A stretch of DNA of 64,000 nucleotides from Haliotis cracherodii (GCF_022045235.1 NW_027266270.1:9486001-9550000); one strand, 5' to 3'. Positions 11,188 to 25,561 are shown, counted from the first letter of the stretch. Notes: generated from the sequence alone by a model not told the origin. Numbers and translations: made by a program.

Positions 11188-13905
11188 CTATTCCCTTAAA
11201 ATTTGTGTCAGCCAAAGTCAATTCACCGTGTCACTCTTCATTCAGTTTGCTAAACTGAAACTTTATTGTGTTCTGGAATACTCGTGACACATGACCACAT
11301 CATTTGGGAATGTTGAAGAAAGCGAAGATGATTCTCAGCTTCACTCAACACAAAGCGCAAAAAAATCATTTTAAGATGTTTGTAGATGGTTTGCTAACAA
11401 CCGGTGTCAACATGATTTATTTTCAGAATTTATGATGATATTTTAAAGTTTACCAAAATGTACAACTTTTATGTATATAACCAACATGTTGAATAAACAT
11501 AAACAAGAAAGAAATGAATAACAAATCAGTTCAATCTGTTGTAGATCACATATTATATTATAAATTAATTCATGACCAAAATAATTAAGTCAGAATTAAA
11601 TCGTCATTTGCGATACGTTTTTTTAATAATAAAAAACCTGTATCATCAGTCCACTTTTCGTCTCTTTGTATGTGCATCTTTTAGGTGAGCTTTTGATGCC
11701 TCACCAGATAGCCAGATACTTCTCGTGTGGCATATGTTTCTAGGAAAGCGAAGTCCTTGGTACCCATTCACACAACCATTCATTTCTTCTGCAATATCTA
11801 TTTTCAACAACACTTACAAGCAATATTATATAAGGATGACATGGTGTGTACAGGCAAGGTTATATAAGGATGTCATCGTATGTATGTATATAAACCTGAA
11901 TGTACAAGGCAATGGCTGGAATTGTTCCTTACATATCCAGTACTACTTCATAGGTGTTACCACCTCATTTAGAAACTGGCACTCATCTTCAGGATTAAAC
12001 TTCCAAATCTAATAGAAATCTCTGCAAAGAAGTCGCAAACAGCAGAAAAGAGGCATGGGTTTTATAGTTTGAGCTCTTGTATCATTCCACAAAGTGACAT
12101 ATTTGTTTAGAGACAGAGACAAATGAAGTCGTTCCCTGAACCAAATAGGTTTTTTTAGTCGTACTAGATGTAAGGAAAATATCCACAGTGTCTCAAATTA
12201 AATACGTACTTTACACATTTTCCCTCATCACAAAATGACATTTTTCCATTAAAGGACACCTTTCCTTCTGACATTGTATTTTCAATGTTTAGCTTTAATG
12301 TGTTACTGTTCTGGCATAGTATTGTAATCACAAAGTAGATAACAATTAAGATAACAAGTGTATAATGTCCTGTTAATTAGATCATCAATTAAATTGCATT
12401 GGTGTGTGTATTCAGCTGTTTATGGGCAATTAACTTACATGATAATGGCAAGACAAACTTCAGGAGGAACTGACACATTACAGATACTGTATGTAATGCC
12501 CTGAGGGCGACTTCCAGAACGAAATAACCCGACATTTTTACAATAATATGTTCGTCAACATTACGACTTTTAAGCTGTCATGACACTGTTTATAGTAATG
12601 TGCAATAATTGTAATCAATAGGTATTTTATCATGTGCATTCTTAAGATCGATGAACATCAAAATATAGTTGTTTGATCTGGATTTGTGGGATGAAACTGT
12701 GTAGGGTCTTCGCAGAAAGAAACTTGTCGTAAATATATTCTTAGTATTATTCCTCGCTTAATTCTTTTCTTCAAACTATCAGATGGAATATCATCAAGTA
12801 ACCAATTAATAACATGTATCGTAATAAATATTTAATGGAAGATTATATGGTATGTTTAAGGAAATTCTCTTAAAGTCCTTGTGCCCTTTTTCATGCGAAT
12901 TCTATGATGAATAAGTCACACAAATACCTGGTTGGAATAGGTAGAATGTGTTTGATTTAAGTTGAAAGACAACAGTTATATTAATTACTTACCATTTAGG
13001 GTTACACATTTGGAAAAAATCAGTAATGACTGTAAACAAAACTTAGGTGAAACCTCAACAGTCGTATGCATTTTAAAATTCGCAAAGTTTAACTTGAGAC
13101 AACATCAAGTACATATACGAAATATGAGTAAAAATACTTGGGAGAAAATTTGCCGAACCATGCCATGCATATAACATTGTCCTAAAGATGTTGCAATGTC
13201 AATGCTTTTCCCCTTCGGGCTTATCAATTTATGTACCTATTTGCCTGAAATATCATAGTTACAATGGACTAAGTACGAATTGTGTTCCCAGGTTATAAGA
13301 CGCAGCCCCAGAGTAAAGAAAATGAAGTATATAACAGTTCAAACGAATTAACTAGTTAAAGTTTATATTAGGCTTCCTTGCTTTTATAGCGCAAACACGA
13401 TTGTTACTAAGGATAGCATAACCAACCGAAATAAACACATATCCCCGCTTCACCTGGAATCTGTGATTTCAATGTATTCAGTAGCGCTTAATTAAGATTC
13501 CGAAACACATTCATTGTATAGTTGTTTACTTATAGATGCCTGTAAAAAGGGAGAACCTCGCTGCATCTTTGTCATTCTACTTGGGTCTTAAATTCTTTTG
13601 TGTGTGCATTGTAGAAGTGATAGATCAACTTAATGAAAGCACATAAGCAAATTATCGGAAACATGAGTTTGTTATATGTATATAGCATTATAAATGATAA
13701 TAGGTGACTAAGGTATAAATATATTACACTGCCAATGCCACACGCCTATTTACAAATTGAAATGTAGCATCAACGTTTCGAACCATACTTCGTGCCTTCC
13801 TTTAATTTGTGAAATTGCATGATATCTATTTCTCTTTGCATCTCAACATGTTTACAAAAATGGACCCGTCTACTTGTCTATATACAGGCGTGTGTAGGTA
13901 CCATA

Positions 13906-14790
13906 TAGACAGACAGACAGACAGATTGTTTATTTGAGTCTCACCTCACAAAAATAATTACATAAATACATATAAAAGGACATAAAAGTGAGCCACCCGT
14001 TAAGGGTTACGAGAGACTTAAAATATATCACAGTATGTACAGCATAAATATATTGGTGTAAAAGGGGTATGAAAATATACTACCCGCAACTAGCCATGTA
14101 AAATATTTTTTCTTCGTGGGAGAATTAAAAAGCAGGTTTTGGCTGTTAAATATACATAATATTTAAAAAGTACAATAAGTATATCAGTATTGGATAACTC
14201 TAGATAGTTGGGATAGCTAAAACTCACCTTTTCGTATAAACTTTCACGCAAATCATCGTACACAGGACAATCAAGCAATACATGACATTCATCTTCAATA
14301 CTTCCCTTACACTGAAAACACACTCTTTCATTCCCATTCATATTCATATATCTGCCTGTTTCCAACTTCAGAGGAGCAGTACATGATATAAATTTGGAGA
14401 AGGCAGAGCGGTAAGAACGAGGCATATACATACTTACATAACTTTCACATCCATACCCATCTTTAAACATTCTATACGTACGTAATTTGTTACCACCCGT
14501 TCTTCCGCCAGGCTTGCATAACCGTTCATTGCAACCAGGCACATACTTTCCCATGCATATATCTTGCACACGTACAACTACACTTTTCACGCTAACATTC
14601 TCAGAAAAATTCAGACCCCATTCGTTCAGCTTTGCCCTCAGACGAAAATTCCAGTTTTTCACACGTCCACCAGCATAACGTTCAGACCACATAAAAGCAT
14701 ACTTATTTAATCTAAGGGACATTTTAGTAAAACGACAATACTGTCTAACAATACACATCCACTGTCTAACTATCGGAGGAATCCATCATG
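13906..14790 (-). mobile_element. 5'-truncated LINE (ORF2 C-terminus, 3'UTR, (TCTG)n tail)
   Basis: ORF 14090-14758 contains NKLRTYRMFK...APLKLETGRY...ERVCFQCKGSIEDECHVLLDCPVYDDLR. AATAAA followed by (TCTG)n at ~13935-13907. Absent from the homologous spacer at ~23655. Confidence 0.9.
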
Positions 14791-15769
14791 TCTTGTAGGT
14801 TGTGTGCATGTATATGTATGCCCAATAGGTGCATGTATGAATGTAGATGTCTGTGTGAAGATGCGTATGTGTGTGTGTATGCGGTGTTCATGTGTGAATG
14901 ATATGCTAGTTTACTATTATCCGTAAACGTGTGTGTTGCTTACGTAGGTAGTTATTTATCATCATTTTCTTCTTTTTAAAGCTTGTGATTTGGGAATAAA
15001 ATTAAAAAGAAGAGTCCCTGGAAGAATTCAATTCATATACCTGTTTGCCCGAAATATAATAGTTACAATGGACTAAGTACGAATTGTGTTCCTAGTTAAT
15101 AAGACGCAGCTCCATAGTAAAGAAAATGAAGTATGTAACAGTGTTGTAGGTTGTGTGCATGTTAGGTAGTTATTTATCATCATTTTCTTCTTTTTAAAGT
15201 TTGTTAATTGAGAATAAAATCAAAAAGAGGAATTCCTGAAGTGTGTGAAATATATTCTGGGTATGCATGTCTGAAATGACCCTTACTTGTCATAAAAGCG
15301 ACAAAACCACGTTCAGAATCATAAGCAATCTCCTTGTACGATTCCAATTATACCAATAACCTGCTTTTATGAATCAAAATCAATTAGTGATGATACCAGG
15401 TGACAGGTGGCTTTAGTGATAAATAGTGAGCCACCTTCTGTATATGGCACTTTTACCTTTGCAAAGGATGATTTTTTACCATGGTTTTAGATCACATTCT
15501 TTGAGCAGTCTCAACATATGATTTGGCAATGTAGTGGTGAAATGAAGGGAAACCGTTTTTTATCTATATGTTAGGCTTCCATGCTTTACAAAACAAACAT
15601 TGCAGTTATATAAGGGAATTATACCGACAAACAACAATATTATCCTGGTTTCATGACGACAATATTGCTTCAATTGAGCGGTGGGCCTAAAACAAAACAT
15701 CCGTTTAATTGTTTTCATATGAATGTCGCTTACCGCAAAAAGTGATAGATGTAGTAAGAAGATAAAGAC

Positions 15770-17070
15770 TTAATTGTATGGATCCAATTCATAATTTTAT
15801 TGTGTGCAGATGATGCTGTATTATTTGATGAATCACCAGAAGGTTTATAGAAAGGCTTAGACACTTTTAATGAACATTGTGAAGAGTGGAAATTACATGT
15901 AAATATAAACAAAAATTGTGATTTTCGGTGGTGACCCATCGAAAAATTCGAAACATAAATTTCACTATTCTGATAAAACTCTAAATATTGTCGACACTTA
16001 TACGTATCTAGGAATTGTACTTCACAGGAATAGAAAACTAGTATCAAGTCTTAGGTCCCTTAGTGATAATGCATTGAAAGCAATGTTTTGTCTGATAAAA
16101 AATCAAGAAATTTAAATTTACCTTTCGACTGTGTATTATCAGCTTTTGATACGATGGTATTACCAAATATTAACCTATGGTTCAGAAATCTGGGGCTTTG
16201 AAAATTTAGAACTTATAGAAAGAATACACCTCAAATTCCTCAGACTGATCACAGGATTAAGAAATTCAGCTCCTCTTTATATGATATATGGCGAATTAGG
16301 TAGGCTGCCGTTAAGAATAATAATTTGTAAAGGAATGATATCTTTCTGCTACAAATTAACACATCAAACTGGTGTGTATAAACTTTCACAGCTGTTATAT
16401 CAATATTTGTCAATTAATAGGAATAAGACTATTGCATCAAAAAAGCCCTGGGTTAGACGTGTTATGGATATATTAGACAGTATTGAATTATCTTATGTAT
16501 TTAACATTCCGTCAATTTGCACAACAAAGTGGCTAGTGTCAGAAGTAGAGCAAATGCTTAAAGATAATTCTTTTCAGAAATGGAGAAGTGACGTTAATTT
16601 TAGTTCTAAAGGATTATAATATAAACATTTAAAGGACACTCCGGCTCTCGATAAATATCTTCTATTGCCAAAACGAATAGCAATTCCAATACTACGATTT
16701 CGAACCTGTAATCATAATTTACCTAATGAGACTGGCCGATAGAAAAATATGTAAATCTCCATCTATTGCTGATGAATTTCACTACTTATTCAGATGTATG
16801 TTTTTTAAAAGAGAGACACAAACATTTCTCTCATCATATTATACTGAATGGCTAAATATTATAATAATATAAAACTCTTATCAACAACAAACACACAGGA
16901 TGTAAAGAATTTCTCGAAGTTTATTGTAAAAATGTCCATTAGTATTAAAAATGCTAGGTAATCACATGTTGTTTATTAACTTCCACCTTGTCTGCTTTTT
17001 GTACATATACATAATTATTTATTGTAATATGTACCACCTTTTATGGTTTTTGAGAATAAACTGATTCTGA
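15770..17070 (+). mobile_element. Decayed LINE ORF2 (RT domain end to 3' tail)
   Basis: LLCADDAVL (RT YADD motif), ILTYGSEIWG...MIYGELGRLPL, LRFRTCNHNLPNETGR, ADEFHYLFRC. Contains frameshifts and stops. AATAAA at ~17055. Confidence 0.9.
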
Positions 17071-17860
17071 CATCAATTATCACAGTCCAGCAATGATTAA
17101 CGAATTACAAGACATTACAATGAACACTTTTAATTGATTCTTTGAAATACAATCATTGCGTTCATTTGTTTCAACTAGATCAACACATCAAAATAATCGA
17201 TTATATGAAGCACACATTCATGTAATTATAAGTGTTATTGGGATTGTAGTTGCTGTGGAACTACTCCACTCTATATACAACCTGATGTGTCATCATAATG
17301 CGCAGGAAGTAACAGAGTGAAGCATGTGACAGATGTTTACCACTCCGGTGGTAACAGAGAACTTGTCTGGAATTCGAACAAATATCAAAAATTCCCGGTA
17401 ACAACTGTAACGTGTTGTACATTCTGCACAATTTATATTCGTGGCCCCGTGCCTGATTGGTACATCCACAAATTTGTCCTTCACAGGGATCAAGGCATGC
17501 TTGTGCGCTGACCTGGACTGTTCCGCAGCACCATGAACTTCCATGGTCATCCTCTCATTCACTGTGACATGACTTTGATGTCCTCGATCTATTTCTTCAG
17601 TCACCAACTGGAGCCCGGTAAGGGATCTGGGATTCGAACCTACACCCAGGGAGTCTATAGTCTTTGTATAGTTTCCCTGCTGTATCCAATGGAAACCAAT
17701 TTCAGCTTGTGTTCAGCTGTGCCTCCTTCAGGGCCGTACGACGACATTCCACGTCCTGTCCTGTCGAGACCTGTCGTTGATGTCCTCCATCTGTGTCTCC
17801 AGTCTTCTACTGGATCCCGGGGGTGGGCTGTTACTGAAACCTCTTGACGCATTGAGAACT

Positions 17861-20000
17861 TCAGCTGCTTACATTGGATAGCTGGAACAAACATGAATTA
17901 TGCAATGGCTAATTATGTCAAATATATTGAACAAATATCGGTTCACTGCACAACTGATCCAGTAATTACAGGCTAATGTAAGGTATTGTCTAGGAGTTGA
18001 ACCACTTTTATCCAAAATTTGATGTATGTTATTGTTACGAATATTTCACCAAAGCAATCAATGCCTACCACGCCTACGTATAACTCGGGATTGGTGCCGT
18101 GATATCACTGAAATGCCTTATTGGTGCAAAATAGCATTTTAACCACTCTCATCAGCCAAGCAATGACCTCGAGTGAGTTAGTATAATGTAAACATGTATG
18201 TATGGTTGTTGGTCAGTGTTCCATTAGTATAATGTCCATTGCTACATGTATTTCCCTTCTACACCAAGTGGAATCTGTTTCGGGAGAAAATCAAGGCTGT
18301 TTTTTCTCTTGCATTGACAATTTATCTTTATTGATCTGAATTGCACTTAAAATAGAGTAGAATAGTTATATGTGTATATATTACAACATAAATAATCATA
18401 TAGCATATGTTTTTCTTATACATACCCGACATATCAGTTTCTGTGCTGTACGTTTGTGCTGGTAGTTCCAAGCAGAGCCGATTAATGCTGATCTATGTCC
18501 CTTGTCTTGTAATATATCATTGAACTTCATGCAGGTCGACTGAAGGTCGGGAAATCCAAACTCGACAGCAGCACAAAGAAGTCCTACAAACAAAAAATAT
18601 TTATAAAAAATATTTGTCACGAAAAGACTTTCGACACACAAAAAAATCAATGCAACAGATATAGAAACAAAATAAGTAAAACAAAGAATGTTCCTTATTA
18701 GTGTTTATATAGAAATATAAAAGCACAAGATTAATGCACACACTTACCTATTACATTGCTGGAATCTATTTCTACCTTGCCCGAATGAACGAAACGTACA
18801 AATGCCCTGAAATCCTCAACTTGATAATCAGGGACCTTGATGCAGAGTTTGTGTTGGATTGGGGAAGGTTTGGATTTCTTTGATCTTTTCTTACTGGTGT
18901 TATCGTATTCGACTTGTTTTTGTTGTTGCAGAATCAGCTGGTACAGGTATCTGAAAATATGGAATTAAAAAGTGTAATGCAAATTCTTTACTGTTACTTT
19001 TCTTACATGGCAAAAATGGCTGAGAACAATCATTTGTACATACAAGTGTTGACCCTGTATTAAGATATGAGCTTACGTTTTGTTTGTATATTGTTCTTGT
19101 AAAATGGATACGAATATTCATACATCTATTTACACGGCTGATATTTTTTAATTTCATGCGTTAAGATGGCAAGCCTGTAACATGTATTACCTGCTTCTGG
19201 TAGCTAAAATAGCCTTGACTCCATAGATAGGAACCTGTTTTCTACCAACAAGGAATGTGACGTCACACATGTCTGGCATTTCCAAAATGAGGCTGAGGTT
19301 ATCCTGAAGCTTCCCTGTACTCCTCAACATCATCACATTCCCGCATGTCGGGTTTCGGATGGATCTACAACGTCCTGTAGGTTGCTGTTTAAAGGCAGAT
19401 GCTGGACATGCTGGAGGGGGGTTTAGGGGTAAGTGGTGGTCGTTTGCCTCCTCATCTGAGAAATCACTCGACTCATAGCCGGAGGAAGAACTTTCTGCTG
19501 AAATCAGTAAATTTGTTTTAAAACAGTGGTTAGATTTAAAAGACAAATACATCATGTATGATGTCGAGTATAACATGAAATAACATCTATAGGTATTATA
19601 TAAGGTAAATAATTTATCGATGTAAACCAGCACACTAATGTCTTGAATAACCTAAACTTCCACGCTTAGGAAAGTATATTAAATCTGAAGTGAATTCTGC
19701 AAAAAATAATTGAAAATATCTTATGATATGTGACTTGTGTATAGACTGGACAGTTCAGAGTACATAAAGAAACATATGATGGGTTCTGGAACGATAGTGT
19801 GACATTAAAACTATAACCCTATAACATTCTCTTATTGAAGGTTAGTGAGTTTGGATTTTAGTCATTTAAATAGCTAAGAAATGTAAACATCATAAACTAT
19901 ATGTATTCTTACCATAAACATCTGATTCGTAGTTACAATGGTCAACATGTTCCAAGACATCACTGTCAAGGAGACAAACTCGGGAATCATAACGGTTCAT
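17861..20000 (-). CDS. BTB/POZ protein paralog C, 5 exons, 258 aa
   Basis: Exons 20000-19913, 19497-19191, 18950-18748, 18583-18426, 17881-17861. GT-AG introns with the same phases as A1. Translation MNRYDSRVCLLD...SSGYESSDFSDEE...MPDMCDVTFLVGRKQVPIYGVKAILATRSR...LSNVSS*. Confidence 0.9.
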
Positions 20001-20110
20001 ATCCTCTGTCAGATAAAATGTTCAACTGTTCTTGAAGTATTACACTGTTTTCGAGGTCTTTGATCACAGTTATCTCAGGTAGCAATGTCACCCCATACAC
20101 TCGGCTAAGT

Positions 20111-20258
20111 TTTATACCCAAGCGTATCCAAACACAGCTGATAATGTAGTTCTAATCACTTCATGTCAACCAAAATCAATGTTGACATATCGGCTTCTGT
20201 TTCGATTGTTTGCTCGTGCCACGTGGTTCAGTGATGAATTAGTCGTAATCACGTGACC
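20111..20258 (-). promoter_or_regulatory. Conserved proximal promoter of paralog C
   Basis: CACGTG at 20220-20225 and 20250-20255; GAAGCCgatATGTCAACAT at 20197-20179; TATAAA at 20116-20111. Confidence 0.75.
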
Positions 20259-21289
20259 GCTACAACCAAAACAACTTACGGTTTTGACCATTTACTTGTT
20301 AAAACAACCATGATTACTAGAATATCTAGGCTCAGTTGTTTGTTTGTGTCAAGTGGTTAAATGAGACGTGATTGCCGGAAGAGAGTGGAGAGTGATAGAT
20401 TTGTTTTTATATATGTTAGAAATAATTTGTTTTATACTTGAATACAAGCAACAAAACCATTTCCCCAATGATGAGAAATATCTCCGCTTAAGCACAGTCT
20501 GTATTGCGATTCAGACTATATCATATCAAGGTTTAATAATGCATACAAAAGCCACACAAATTGTTATTTAAGTTCTCAAATGGAGGAATCTGTTTATCAA
20601 TATGTTTCGTTTCAGTACATACAATTAAAGGCTACAGTGTAATAACTGTGAGCAATATGAAGCTAACACAAGGCGCAAAAAAATCATATAAATTCGTTTG
20701 TAGATGGTTTGCTTATAACCGGTTTTGTAACGCTTGAAGAAATACTTTAAATGTGGCTCAGCATATCGATGATTAAAATACATGTTTAGACAAGATAGTT
20801 GATTATTTATATGTCAGGTGGAAGAATCTATGTATCAACATGATTGATATTAAGAATATATGATGAAATGTTAAAGATGAACAAAATGTGCAACCTTTAT
20901 GTACATTAACAACATATTGAATAAATATGAATAAGAAAGCGAGGAATAAAAAAATAATTGCAAGCTCTTGTAGATCAAATAGTGTATTATGAATTAATTC
21001 ATGACCAATATATTACTCAGAATAGAATCGCCATTTGCGATACGTCTTTTTCTTTTAAATGTCTGTGTCATCGGTCCATTGTTCGTCTCTTTGTTTTTGT
21101 ACCTTTGAGATTAGTTTTTCATGCTTCGTCAGATACCTTATCTTCTTGTGCGACACACATGTTTTTACGAAAGCAAAGTTCTTGGTACCCATTCACACAA
21201 CTATTCATAAATTATGCAATCTTAGTTTTCAACAACATTTGCAGCAAAGGTATATGAGGATGACATGGTACGTATTGACAAGGTTATAA

Positions 21290-21600
21290 AAGAAGACGAA
21301 GAAGAATATTTTATTATAGTGTCACCCGTTATACATATACAATGACAAGGCAAGGGTGTAAAAACTGATCATCGGCCGGCCAAAATAGCCTATGAGACAC
21401 TAAAAGACTCATAAAAACAATATTTTATTAAATATATGCACACCACTTTTAATAAATAACATTCAAAATATCCCCCGTACAAGCATCCTATTTACACACA
21501 ACCACATCCATTCCAACATCCAGTCCAGACACAGCAGCTTACTCAAACTGTTCAAACACACCCGCTCATTCAAACACATCCAAACCCTTATTGACAACCG
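21290..21600 (-). mobile_element. Probable LINE 3'-end insertion with (TTC)n tail
   Basis: Absent from the homologous spacer at ~11865. AATAAA followed by TTC repeats on the minus strand. Confidence 0.5.
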
Positions 21601-24399
21601 TTGTATCAGGATGTCACAGTGTGTATGTATATTAAACCGAATGTACAAAGGCAATAGCTGGAATCGTACAAATTGTCACTCGTCTTCAGGATTAAAAATG
21701 AGTTTGAAAAAACGTGTAAATCTCGCGTGTGAGGATGTCGTTTGCATTTATTTACTTGTCAATAAAAATGCCCATGTATTATTTCCAGGTATAAAAATAC
21801 GAATGGATAGAAATCGCAAACCGCAGAAAGGAGGCATGGGTTAGATATTTTGAGCCATATTTAGTAAGTGACATATTTTGTTGAAGAGGGATGAGTAAAG
21901 TCGTTCCCTAATCCAAATCAAAATACCCCTTTTTTACTCACACACTGGATTCCCATTGTCCATAGTGTATCAACTTAAACACGTACGTAACACATTTTCC
22001 CTCATCATACATTAAATGACACCTTTCTTCTTGATATTGTGTGTTCAATGTTTAGCATTAAGGTGTTACCGTTATGGCATATCATTGAAATCACATAGTG
22101 GATAACAGTTGAGATAAGAAGTGTATCGTGTCGTGTTAATTAGATCATCAATTAAATTGCACTGCTGTGTGTATTCAGCTGTTTATGTGCAATTAACTTA
22201 CAGGGTAATGCCAATACAAACAATATAAGCAACTGACACATTATAGATACTGTATGTAGAGCCCTGGATGCGACTTCCAGAACGACATAACATGATCCGA
22301 GTGTCAAATAATTAGCATTTTAATTTTTTGTCATGACTCTATTTATCAAAAAATATATATTACAATGTAGTTGTCTGATTTGGTTTGGTGTGGTTAATTG
22401 TGTAGGTTCTTCAAAATATCAGATGAAAGATCATCAAGTAACCACTTAATAAAGTGTATCACATTAAACATATAACGGAAGGTAAGCCATTAGTACATTG
22501 ATGCACACATACATTTGTCTTTTTATCTCATTTGCTAAACAAATCTTTCCAAGCTATTATGCCCTTCGTACAGCGAGTTCAATTGTGAATAAATCACACA
22601 AATATTATTTATTGGAGTATGTCGAAAGGAAAAGCCGAAATAATTAAACATTTGGGAAACAAATTTTTTAAACGAATATGTTCATGTAACTTAAAAGACA
22701 ACTAACCCTTCAGACATACACATTTGTACAAGTTTAATTTACGAAAAGTAATTACGCTTAATAAATTTTAGGTTAAGTCTCATCAGTCGTTTTTGTTTTG
22801 AACATTTTCAAAGTTTGACTGAAAACAACATGAAGTACCAAAATATGTGTCAAATAATTGGGAGAAAGACTTGTATTTCATGACATGCACATGAAAATGT
22901 CATAATAGCAATGTTTGTGTGATTTTATTCATCGAGATGTATTCATTATATGTACCTATTTACCTAACTTAACATATTTACAATGAACTGTGTACGCTTG
23001 TGTTCATAGGCTATTAGACGCAGCTTTAGCGCACAACATAACAGGGTAAAGAAAATAGGGACATTACAGTCCAAAAGAAATTAACTGGTTTTATGTTCAC
23101 ATGGGGCTTCCATGCTTTACAGAGCAAACAAGTTCGCTGGCGGGGATAGCATATCCAACTGAACTGAACACATATGCCTGCTTCACTTGGAAACTGTTAT
23201 TTCAATATATTCAGCAGGGCTTAATTGCGACATTCCGAAACACATTTATTGTTTCCTTGTTTACTTGTAGATGCCTATAAAGAGATAAACGTAGTGTTGT
23301 CAAAGTAAGAACCTCGTTTCTTCTTTGTCATTCTACCTTGATCTTTTATTCTTTCCCTGTACCATTGTGAAGGGATAAAGTAACACAATGAAAGTGTATA
23401 AGCAAATTGTCTACTACATGCGTTTGTTATATCTATGAAGCTTAATGAAGGATATTTGGGGACTAAAGTATAAACATATTATACTGCCAATGTCCCACAT
23501 CTATTTACAAATTGAAATATAGCACATACTTTCCGAAACAAATTTCATGCCTCAATTTAATTTGTGAAATTGTATGATATCAATTTCTCTTTGCATCTCA
23601 ACATGTTTACAATTTAGGACTTGTCTACTTGACTGTACGTGGGCGTGTGTAGGAACATATTTCCGCATGTTATTATACAGGTGTTGATGCTTGTGTGCAT
23701 GTATGCAATTGAACAATATTAAAAAGAAGCATTCATAAGGTGTGTGAAAAATAAACTGGAATGCATGCCTGTAATAACCCTTGTTGTTCGTAAAAGCGAC
23801 AAAACCACATCACGAACCATAAGCAATCTTATTGTACGATTCCAGCTATACCAAAAGCCTGTTTTTATGACTCAAAACTAATTAGTGATGATACCACGTG
23901 ACAGGTGGCTCTAGTGACAAATAGTAAGTCACATTCTATATCATGCACGTTTAACTTTTCCTAGGATGATTACATTTCATGGTTTTAGATCACAACTTGA
24001 ACATCTTGGCATATTTGCATCTGTGTATTCATTCACGTATGTTATTTTATAACTACAAAACGTCACTGCCAGAGAACAACCAGTCTCGATTATCCGCCCA
24101 AATAGTTTCCATTGGGTGTACAAGGCAAAACAACAGTGAACATCAGTGACGACATCGGTTAATACGGCCCAGCAATGATAACGAATTACAAGACATTCGT
24201 ACAAAAAACACTTTTAATTCATACTTTGAAATACAACCATTGCGTTCAATTGTATGAACCAGATCAATACATTAAAATAATAGATTATATTGAGCACACA
24301 GTCTCTGTAATTATAAGTGTTATTTGGATTGACGTTGCTGTGGAACTTCTCCAGTCCATATACATCATTGTGTGTCATTACAATGCGCAGAGACATGTA

Positions 24400-24557
24400 C
24401 AGTGAGTTTGATTTTACGCCGCTTTTAGCAATATTCCAGCAATATCACGGCGGGGACACTAGACATGGGCTTCACACATTGTACCCATGTCGGGAATTGA
24501 ACCCGGGTCTCCAGCGTGAAGAGCGAACACTTTAATCACTAGGCTACCCGACCACCC
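24400..24557 (-). mobile_element. SINE family 1 copy in the 3' region of paralog D
   Basis: Reverse complement of the 11021 element. Absent at the homologous C site (~17305). Confidence 0.85.
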
Positions 24558-25561
24558 AAACGACAGAGAGACGCATGTGGTAGATGTTTACCACTCTGGT
24601 TGTGACAGAGAAGGTGTCTGGAATTCGAACCAATATCAAATATTGCCCCGCAACAACTGTAACGTGCTGGACATTCTGCACAGCTTACATTCATGACCCC
24701 GTTCGTGGTTGGAACATCCACGTCTTTGTTCTTCATAGGGACCAAGGCATGCCTGTGCGTTGACCTGGACTTCTTTCTGTTCCATATATACGATGGCATT
24801 CCGTGGGCCGCAGCACCATGACTTTCCGTAGTCATCTTCTCATTCATTGTGACATGACGTTGATGTCCTCGATCTATTTCTTAAGTCATCTTCTGGAGGC
24901 TGGGAAGGTGTCTGAGATTCGAACCAATATCAAGGGTGTCTATGGTCTTTGTATTGTTCCCCTGTTGCATCAAATATCTCCGACAGCAAGCCGCATAACT
25001 TTAAATGCGGCATACAGTTTGCACAGCTTGCATTGATGGAACCAATGTGTGATCAGCTGAACATCCTTTAGGGCCGTACGACGACATTCCACAAGGTCGT
25101 ACGATGACATACGGTTCTCTTCTTCTCATCCACTGAGACCTGTCGTCTTTGTCCTTCACAGGGATCAAGGTATGCCTGTACGCTGACCTGGACAGTTCCG
25201 CAGCACCGTGACCTTCCGTAGTCATCTTCTCATTCACTGTGACCTGACGTTGATGTCCTCGATCTATTTCTTCAGTCATCTACTGGAACCCGGTAAGTGA
25301 TCTGGGATTCGAACCTATACCCAGGGAGTCTATAGGCTTTGTATAGTCTCTCTGCTGTATCCAATGGAAACCAATGTAAGCTTGTGTTCAGCTGTGCCTC
25401 CTTCAGGGCCGTAAGACATTCCACTGGGTCGTACGATGACATACGGTTGTCGTCTTCTCATCCACTAAGATCTGTCGTTGATGTCCTCCATCCGTGTCTC
25501 CAGTCTTCTTCTGGATCCCAGGGGCGGGCTGTTACTGAAACCTCGCGGCGCTTTGAGAACT

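Noticed and set aside
17600-17863. Antizyme-like serial +1 frameshifting (includes CCC-TGA at ~17730)
   Set aside because: The +1 frame is open for 38-44 codons in A and C but only 4 in E and 9 in F, and it hits a TAG in D. The CCC-TGA is in frame only because of a C-specific indel.
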